Shown here in pieces: positions 57,256-64,000 of a stretch of DNA of 64,000 bases. Within the stretch, counting starts at the first letter, position 1. The number at the start of each line of letters is the position of its first letter. The notes beneath the pieces are model-generated. The model was not told the origin of the DNA, searched no databases, and worked only from the letters and a program-made list of their open reading frames with translations. Source of the stretch: Clostridia bacterium (GTDB lineage Bacteria > Bacillota > Clostridia > Christensenellales > DTU072); the NCBI GenBank assembly GCA_045601385.1, contig JAZRZM010000003.1, positions 60,308-124,307 on the forward strand, written 5' to 3'. The translations under genes and the position numbers were made by a program.

Positions 57256-60200
57256 ATGCTTAAAATATATAAAAATAAGAAAATTTTCCAAGAGAATGTT
57301 TTGCCGCGCTACGCCTGCGGTTTTCCTCTTGACGAAAACAACCGTGAAAGAATTTCTCTTTTAGACAGCAAATGGCGTTTCAAGTTTTATTCCAAAGTAT
57401 CCGAAGCGCCCGACAATTTTTATGAAGACAGTTTTGACTGTTCGGATTTCGACTTGATTTCCGTTCCGTCCGAGTGGCAAATCAAAGGATACGACATCCC
57501 TCTGTACGCCAACATAACTTACCCGTATGCTATCGATAACAACCCGATTACCGCACCGCACATCCGTGATCAGTACAATTCGGTCGGACTGTATATCCGC
57601 GAATTTGATTATGACGGCAAAGCGGAACGGGTGGTTCTGCATTTCGGCGGCATTAACCCAAGCGGAGAGATTTATCTCAACGGCGATTACGTCGGATACA
57701 GCGAAGATACGTTCGATCCGCAGGAATACGACGTAACAGACTTAATTAAACCCGGTATAAACCGTCTGTGCGTTGCCGTATATCGCTATTGCACGGGCAG
57801 TTATCTCGAAGATCAGGACATGTGGCGTCTATCGGGTATATTCCGCAGCGTATCGCTCGTACGCCTTACGACTTTTTCCGTTCGTGACGCGTACGTATCC
57901 ACCTGCAAATTGAAAAACGATTATTCCTCGGCGCGTTTTGAACTTGTTACGGAAACAAACGCGACGGAAAAATTCGACGTTACCGTTACGCTTACGGATA
58001 AAAAAGGAAAAGTCTTGTTTTCCCAAACCGAAAAAGCGTCGACGAAAAACGTTTTTGTCGGTGACATCGATAAAATTGAACCGTGGTCACATGAATATCC
58101 CGTTTTGTACCGCTTTACCGTTACGCTTACGGATAACGGAAAAACGATTGACAAAAGGTCTTTTGCCTACGGATTCAAAGAGGTAAAAATCGTAGGTATG
58201 GATAAAGAGGGCAGAGGACCGTTTATTCTTTTGAACGGACGGCCTTTGAAATTCCGTGGCGTAAACCGTCATGAATTTCACCCGGAATACGGTCACGCCG
58301 TACCCGAAGAACTGATCCGAAAAGACCTCGAAATCTGCCTGAAAAACAACATAACGGCTATTCGCACGAGCCATTATCCCAACCAACCCGTATTCTACGA
58401 TCTATGCGACGAAATGGGTATTCTCGTTATGGCGGAAACCAATCTCGAAACGCACGGAGCCAGTTATTATCTGCCGAAGAACAGCAGATATTGGGAAAAA
58501 CAATGCGTTTACCGCATCACAAACATGATAAAGACGTTCCGGAATCACGCCTGTATCGTCTCATGGTCGCTAGGTAACGAAGCCGGATTCGGGCGTGTTT
58601 TTGTCAATATGAAAAAAGCCGCGCTCGCACTCGACACATCGCGTTTTATCCATTACGAGGGAGACTATACGGCAAAGACAAGCGACGTCATGAGCGAAAT
58701 GTATACCAAGCAGGAAGAAATGAGCCTGATCGGTAAATGTAAAAAAACGCACGTTCACGGTACGAGCCTTGCCAAGCCTCTCGGAAAACGGCTTCTGCCC
58801 AAAGTCTATCGGGACAAGCCGTTCGTGCTTTGCGAATACTCCCACTGTATGGGAAACAGTCTCGGAAACTTTGCCGACTATTGGAACGATATCAAAAAAT
58901 ACGACCGTCTTGCCGGTGGGTTTATCTGGGATTTTGCCGATCAATCGATAAAAATCGAACGGGACGGAAAAACGATCTGGACGTACGGAGGCGACTTCGG
59001 TGACAAACCGAATTTCGGCAGTTTTTGCTACAACGGCATTCTGCGCGCCGACAGAACCCCCAATCCGGCATTGTACGAAGTAAACAGGCAATATCAATCG
59101 GTCGATTTCTTTTTAGCAAACAACACTTTGACCGTCAAGAACAATTTTATGTTCACCGACCTGAAAGGATATATTCTCAAACAAACGCTTCTTGTCGACG
59201 GTTTGGAAAAAGAAATAAAAAAAGTCGCCTTACCGTCCGTTCCGGCAGGCGAAACGGGCAATTTGCCGATCGAACTACCCGACAAACAAACGAGAGACGT
59301 CAGCCTGCTTGTCGAAATGATTTTACCCAAAGACAAAGGCGTACGCAAAAAAGGCGAACGTATCGCTTACGAGCAATTTATTCTCGAAAAATCGGAACTG
59401 TCCTGCAAAGAACTGCTTGCGACCGCCGACTATAAGGAAGCGGAATTGGATATACTGATTACGGCAGGGAATACAAAATTTGTCATCGATAAAGTAACGG
59501 GCGGCATCACAAGCATATCGAAAAACGACACCGAGCGTTTGCACGCGCCGATTCTTCCTCTTTTTACCCGTCCGACGACAGATAACGACAGTTGGAAAAT
59601 CGCGCCGAAATTCTCGCGTTTGTTCATTTTCCGTCCCGACCGGGACAATCGGGCGCAGGCAAAACTCATGCCCAAAAAAATCGACATCAAAAACGAGGAC
59701 GGCATCGTCGTATTGACGATTACTTGGAAATTCCCGAAAGCAAAACTGCTTACCACGGTATACCGCTTCGGAGAAGACGGCGTCGATATGCAGATGACGA
59801 TTACTCCCAAAAAAGAACTCGTCCGCTACGGCTTTTCCTTTGCGACGCGCGAAGACGTCAAAGAAATGCGTTACTTTGCCAAAGGTCCTTTTGAAAACTA
59901 CTGCGACAGGCAGACTGCCGCCGTCCTGAAAGAATACGCCGGCGTTGCGGAAGACTTTAATCACGAATATCTCTATCCGCAGGAAAACGGCAACCACACC
60001 GAAGCGAGGATTCTCGATCTCGGTAAAGACGGTTCCGGTCTTGCCGTTCTCGCCGTCGAAAAACCGTTTGAATTTTCCGTCCGTCCTTACTCGATCGAAA
60101 AACTCGAAAAAGCGACGCACGTACACGAACTGGTAAAAGACGGATATAACACGATAACCATCGACGGAAAGCAACGCGGAGTAGGGGGCGACGGAACGGG

Positions 60201-60279
60201 TATCGCCTATCTGAAACCGCAATACAAAATACACCCCCGTCAAAATTACAACATGGCGGTCAGGATCGTCGTAAAATAA
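57256..60279 (+). CDS. lacZ: Beta-galactosidase, glycoside hydrolase family 2 (LacZ-like)
   Basis: 1007 aa. NITAIRTSHYPN, acid/base WSLGNEAG, nucleophile region LCEYSHCMGNS, and a C-terminal Bgal small-N domain. Confidence 0.9.
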   Translation: MLKIYKNKKIFQENVLPRYACGFPLDENNRERISLLDSKWRFKFYSKVSEAPDNFYEDSFDCSDFDLISVPSEWQIKGYDIPLYANITYPYAIDNNPITAPHIRDQYNSVGLYIREFDYDGKAERVVLHFGGINPSGEIYLNGDYVGYSEDTFDPQEYDVTDLIKPGINRLCVAVYRYCTGSYLEDQDMWRLSGIFRSVSLVRLTTFSVRDAYVSTCKLKNDYSSARFELVTETNATEKFDVTVTLTDKKGKVLFSQTEKASTKNVFVGDIDKIEPWSHEYPVLYRFTVTLTDNGKTIDKRSFAYGFKEVKIVGMDKEGRGPFILLNGRPLKFRGVNRHEFHPEYGHAVPEELIRKDLEICLKNNITAIRTSHYPNQPVFYDLCDEMGILVMAETNLETHGASYYLPKNSRYWEKQCVYRITNMIKTFRNHACIVSWSLGNEAGFGRVFVNMKKAALALDTSRFIHYEGDYTAKTSDVMSEMYTKQEEMSLIGKCKKTHVHGTSLAKPLGKRLLPKVYRDKPFVLCEYSHCMGNSLGNFADYWNDIKKYDRLAGGFIWDFADQSIKIERDGKTIWTYGGDFGDKPNFGSFCYNGILRADRTPNPALYEVNRQYQSVDFFLANNTLTVKNNFMFTDLKGYILKQTLLVDGLEKEIKKVALPSVPAGETGNLPIELPDKQTRDVSLLVEMILPKDKGVRKKGERIAYEQFILEKSELSCKELLATADYKEAELDILITAGNTKFVIDKVTGGITSISKNDTERLHAPILPLFTRPTTDNDSWKIAPKFSRLFIFRPDRDNRAQAKLMPKKIDIKNEDGIVVLTITWKFPKAKLLTTVYRFGEDGVDMQMTITPKKELVRYGFSFATREDVKEMRYFAKGPFENYCDRQTAAVLKEYAGVAEDFNHEYLYPQENGNHTEARILDLGKDGSGLAVLAVEKPFEFSVRPYSIEKLEKATHVHELVKDGYNTITIDGKQRGVGGDGTGIAYLKPQYKIHPRQNYNMAVRIVVK

Positions 60280-60293
60280 ACTTCGGAGAAAAA

Positions 60294-61388
60294 ATGAAAA
60301 AATTATTTAAGAGATGGTTTATCGACGCTTTCAGCGGAATGGCGTCGGGACTTTTTTGCACGTTGATCGTCGGTACGATTCTTGCGCAAATCGCTTCATG
60401 GTGCGGAGATAACGTTTTTGCTACCACGCTCGGCGCGATAGCGAGCCTGGCAAAAATGCTTATGGGTGCGGGAATCGGCGTCGGAATCGCTCAAAAACTA
60501 AACGCAAAACCGCTTGTCGTCTTTACGGCGGCGGTAACGGGACTTATCGGCGCGTTCTCGGGCGGACTCGTAGCGGCGCTCACAGAAGCCGCCCCGTTTT
60601 CGCTCGCTTTCGGCGCGCCGGGTAATCCGATAGGCAGTTATGTCGTCGCGCTCTTTACGGTGGAAATCGCGTCTTTTTATGCGGGAAAGACAAAAATCGA
60701 CATCGTTCTTGTACCTCTCGGTATGCTTTTTCTGACGCTCGGCGGCATTTTCCTTGCCTGGCCGTTTATCAAACTGATCGACCTTATCGCAAAAGGTATC
60801 GTCCTGGCTATCGACGCCGGTACGGCGGTAAAAGTAATCGTGGGGATCTTTGTCGCCGTCGTAATGGGGATTCTTCTGACGATGCCCACTTCTTCCGCCG
60901 CAATATGGATATCCATCGCCACATCGGCAACCGCGCTCGAAAATCCGGAAGCATTCGCAATAGCCGGCGGAGCGGCGGTCGCGGGCTGCGCGGCGCATAT
61001 GATCGGTTTTGCCGTGGCAAGTTTTCGTGAAAACAAATGGAGCGGACTTATTTCGCAAGGAATCGGGACAAGCATGCTCCAAATACCGAATATTATGAAA
61101 AAACCCGTTATTATGGTGCCGGAAATCGCCGCAAGCATTTTTTCCGGACTCGTCGCCGTTTTGCTCGATTTACGTTGCAACGCCTCGGGCGGCGGCATGG
61201 GTACAAGCGGACTTGTCGGCGTATTCGGTACGATCGAAGCCTCGACCGCGGCGAATCTTCCCGTGTGGAAAACCGTCCTCGGTATCGTGCTCTGCCTGTT
61301 TGTTATACCGGCGGTCGTATCGTTTGCCGTAAGTGAAATATTAAGAAAATTCAATATCATTAAAGCGGGAGATCAAAAACTTGACTGA
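60294..61388 (+). CDS. PTS EIIC_2-family polytopic membrane protein (putative sugar permease component)
   Basis: 364 aa, Gly/Ala-rich with about 10 TM. The N-terminus KRWFIDAFSGMASGLFCTLIVGTIL resembles the EIIC_2 family. No EIIA, EIIB or HPr gene is present in the window. Confidence 0.6.
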   Translation: MKKLFKRWFIDAFSGMASGLFCTLIVGTILAQIASWCGDNVFATTLGAIASLAKMLMGAGIGVGIAQKLNAKPLVVFTAAVTGLIGAFSGGLVAALTEAAPFSLAFGAPGNPIGSYVVALFTVEIASFYAGKTKIDIVLVPLGMLFLTLGGIFLAWPFIKLIDLIAKGIVLAIDAGTAVKVIVGIFVAVVMGILLTMPTSSAAIWISIATSATALENPEAFAIAGGAAVAGCAAHMIGFAVASFRENKWSGLISQGIGTSMLQIPNIMKKPVIMVPEIAASIFSGLVAVLLDLRCNASGGGMGTSGLVGVFGTIEASTAANLPVWKTVLGIVLCLFVIPAVVSFAVSEILRKFNIIKAGDQKLD

Positions 61389-63936
61389 CGAACAAAAAAT
61401 ACTTCTACTCGATTCAAACAGTCTCATCAACCGCGCTTTTTACGCTTTGCCGCCGATGCAAACGAAAGACGGTTTGTTTACCAACGCGATTTACGGCTAT
61501 CTTTCGATGTTGAACAAACTTCTGAACGAAGAAAAGCCGACGCACGTGTGCGCCGTGTTCGACTGCCACGCGAAGACATTTCGGCATCAAAAATACGAAG
61601 CATACAAAGCCGGGCGCAAACCGATGCCGCCCGAACTTGTCATGCAAGTACCCGTTCTGCAAGAACTTTTGCAAAAAATGGGAATCAAACTTCTTTTCAA
61701 AGAGGGGATCGAGGCGGACGACATTATCGGCACGCTCGCAAAGCGTTTTTCCGTTCCGACCGTTATTGTCAGCGGAGACCGCGACGTATTACAGTTGGTT
61801 GACGACACGACGACCGTATTTCACACGAAACGCGGAGTGACGGATATAAAAAAGTATACTCCAGCCGCACTTTACGAAGAAGGTTTTTCACCCCGTCAGA
61901 TTATCGAATACAAGGCTCTTGCCGGAGACAGCAGCGACAATATACCCGGTTGCCCCGGCGTGGGAGACAAAACGGCACGAGACCTGCTCGCCACGTTCGG
62001 CGACGTGGACGCGATTTTTTCACGGCTTGACGAAGTCAAAGGCAAACTGAAAGAAAAACTGTCGGAAAACAAAGACAGCGTCTATATGAGCCGCGACCTT
62101 GCTACCATCGAAATAAACGCCGATATTCCTTGCGCCCTTGAAGAAATCGCTTTTTCGCCCGTTCTTCCTCATGAAGCGGAAGAGATGATGACGAAACTCG
62201 AATTCAAGAACCTGACAAGCCGTTTTTCTTTTGACCAAACGGAAACGAAACCGGAACGAAAAGCATACGAGACGGAAACAGCCGTTTTTGAAGACGTACA
62301 ATCCGCCGCAAACGCACTGAACGACATTCCGAAAGGCGAAAAAGTTTGTATCGAATGGGGACAAGACGTCGTTATCGCGTTCGGAAATAAAGAATACGTC
62401 TTCAAGATCGCCGAAGGACTACTTGCCGACGGTATAACGGAAGGCGAAGCGGTCAACCTGCTCGCGCCGTTCTATACAAGCGAATATACAAATATTTTCT
62501 TTGACGCAAAAAAATCCTTTTATTACTTGGAAAACATAGGCGTCAAACCGGAAAAACCTTATGAAGACGTCCTTTTGGAAGGATATCTTATCAACAATAC
62601 CAAAGTAATTCGCGACGAAAAAAGTCTGCTCGAAGATTACGGATACGACGGCGAGCACGTCGCGTCCGATTTGTTGCGCCTGCATAGCGAATTATGTCGG
62701 ACGCTCGAAGAAAAGCAATTACAAAAACTATACTACGAAATCGAACTGCCGCTCACAAAGTGCCTGTTCGACATGGAAAAAGCCGGTTTCTTAATCGATA
62801 CGGACATACTCGAAGAACTGAACGAAACGTTTTCAAACGAAATAGAAATTCTCGCGCGGAAGATTCACGAAATAGCCGGAGACGAAAATTTCAATATCAA
62901 TTCCAACAAGCAACTCGCGTCGGTTTTATTCGACAAACTCGGATTAAAAACGGGCAAAAAGAACAAAACGGGATATTCCGTCAGTTCGGACGTACTGGAA
63001 GAACTCGAACACCCCATTATCGACGCGCTTTTGCGCTACCGTCAACTGACAAAACTGAAATCGACCTATATCGACGGCATGAAACAGGTAATGAACCCGG
63101 CTACGAAAAAAGTACACACCGATTTCAAACAATGCCTGACGTCAACCGGGAGACTGTCGTCTTCCGAACCGAATCTGCAAAATATTCCCGTCCGTACAGC
63201 CGAGGGGAGAGAAATACGCAAGATGTTTGTCCCCGGAAAAGGAAACGTCCTGATTTCCGCCGACTATTCGCAAATAGAACTCAGACTCCTTGCCCATTGC
63301 TCGCAGGAACCGCGTCTTCTCGAAGCCTATAAAAACGGTACGGATATCCATACCCTGACGGCTTCGATGATTTTCGGCAAACAGCCCGAAGAAGTCACGC
63401 CCGATATGCGCCGATCCGCCAAAGCCGTCAACTTCGGTATTATTTACGGCATATCGGGATTCGGACTCGCAAAAAACGCCGGCGTCAGCAACAAAAAAGC
63501 GAAAGAGTTTATCGACGGCTATTTTGCAATGTACCCAAAAGTAAAAGAATATATGGATAAAAATGTCGCCCTTGCCAAAAAGCAAGGGTATCTCCGTTCG
63601 ATGCTGGGAAGAATCAGGTACTTTCCCGAACTTGCTTCGCCGCAATATACCGTTCGTTCTTTCGGCGAACGCGCCGCAATGAATTTTCCTTTGCAGGGAA
63701 GCGCAAGCGATATTATAAAAATAGCCATGCTGCGCGTACACAAAACGCTCGCCGACAAAAAACTGAAAGCAAAAATGATTTTACAGGTACACGACGAATT
63801 GATCGTCGAGTGTCCCGCCGACGAAGAGGAAGAAGTCAAATTCATTCTACGCGAATGTATGCAAAACGCCATGGATTTGACCGTTCCGCTCGAAATCGGC
63901 GTCGCTTCGGGAGAAAACTGGTATGACGCAAAATAA
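61381..63936 (+). CDS. polA: DNA polymerase I
   Basis: 5'-nuclease domain, then polymerase motifs A DYSQIELRLLAH, B RRSAKAVNFGIIYG and C QVHDELIVE. TTG start with GGGAG RBS, overlapping the upstream gene by 8 nt. Confidence 0.95.
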   Translation: MTDEQKILLLDSNSLINRAFYALPPMQTKDGLFTNAIYGYLSMLNKLLNEEKPTHVCAVFDCHAKTFRHQKYEAYKAGRKPMPPELVMQVPVLQELLQKMGIKLLFKEGIEADDIIGTLAKRFSVPTVIVSGDRDVLQLVDDTTTVFHTKRGVTDIKKYTPAALYEEGFSPRQIIEYKALAGDSSDNIPGCPGVGDKTARDLLATFGDVDAIFSRLDEVKGKLKEKLSENKDSVYMSRDLATIEINADIPCALEEIAFSPVLPHEAEEMMTKLEFKNLTSRFSFDQTETKPERKAYETETAVFEDVQSAANALNDIPKGEKVCIEWGQDVVIAFGNKEYVFKIAEGLLADGITEGEAVNLLAPFYTSEYTNIFFDAKKSFYYLENIGVKPEKPYEDVLLEGYLINNTKVIRDEKSLLEDYGYDGEHVASDLLRLHSELCRTLEEKQLQKLYYEIELPLTKCLFDMEKAGFLIDTDILEELNETFSNEIEILARKIHEIAGDENFNINSNKQLASVLFDKLGLKTGKKNKTGYSVSSDVLEELEHPIIDALLRYRQLTKLKSTYIDGMKQVMNPATKKVHTDFKQCLTSTGRLSSSEPNLQNIPVRTAEGREIRKMFVPGKGNVLISADYSQIELRLLAHCSQEPRLLEAYKNGTDIHTLTASMIFGKQPEEVTPDMRRSAKAVNFGIIYGISGFGLAKNAGVSNKKAKEFIDGYFAMYPKVKEYMDKNVALAKKQGYLRSMLGRIRYFPELASPQYTVRSFGERAAMNFPLQGSASDIIKIAMLRVHKTLADKKLKAKMILQVHDELIVECPADEEEEVKFILRECMQNAMDLTVPLEIGVASGENWYDAK

Positions 63937-64000
63937 CACCAAGAGACTCGTTGCCATTACGGGCGTAATCGGTTCGGGAAAAAGTACCGTATCCCGCATT
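63923..64000 (+). CDS. coaE: Dephospho-CoA kinase (3' end cut by window edge)
   Basis: My translation is MTQNNTKRLVAITGVIGSGKSTVSRI (P-loop GxxGSGKST). Conserved position after polA, overlapping it by 14 nt. Confidence 0.8.
   Translation, partial: MTQNNTKRLVAITGVIGSGKSTVSRI

Noticed and set aside
57131-57364. 77-aa ORF spanning the dapL terminator and the lacZ start
   Set aside because: It begins inside the terminator hairpin, has no RBS, and overlaps lacZ out of frame.

Overview
This 64 kb window comes from a low-to-moderate GC Bacillota (Clostridia-like) chromosome and is mostly core housekeeping genes in classic Firmicute synteny. The conserved blocks are ylxM-ffh-rpsP-khpA-rimM-trmD-rbgA-rnhB-yraN, leuS, gap, pta-ackA, rpmF-plsX-rnc, hrcA-grpE-dnaK-dnaJ-prmA-rsmE-mtaB, rpsU, dnaG-sigA-trmK-nif3, dapF-dapL and polA-coaE. 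One accessory block (about 8.9-27.5 kb) interrupts this. It holds a tightly packed operon of about 15 kb: a 2620-aa surface lipoprotein built from about 17 degenerate Listeria-Bacteroides (Flg_new) repeats, a short sirtuin, a lipoprotein metallophosphoesterase, a 499-aa orphan membrane-anchored helical protein and a MacB-type ABC transporter. After it come a lone tRNA-Glu(CUC), a second Flg_new lipoprotein, a membrane-tethered XRE/zinc-ribbon regulator and a divergent small XRE regulator. That operon and the regulator/lipoprotein module are my best candidates for undescribed biology. Other points are a variant CIRCE operator (TTAGCAGTC half-site) on both hrcA and clpB, rplS moved away from trmD with a long leader, leuS without a T-box, and an rpsU gene missed by the ORF track. 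I found no CRISPR array, transposase, integrase or rRNA. All domain calls come from reading motifs by eye, and no searches were run.
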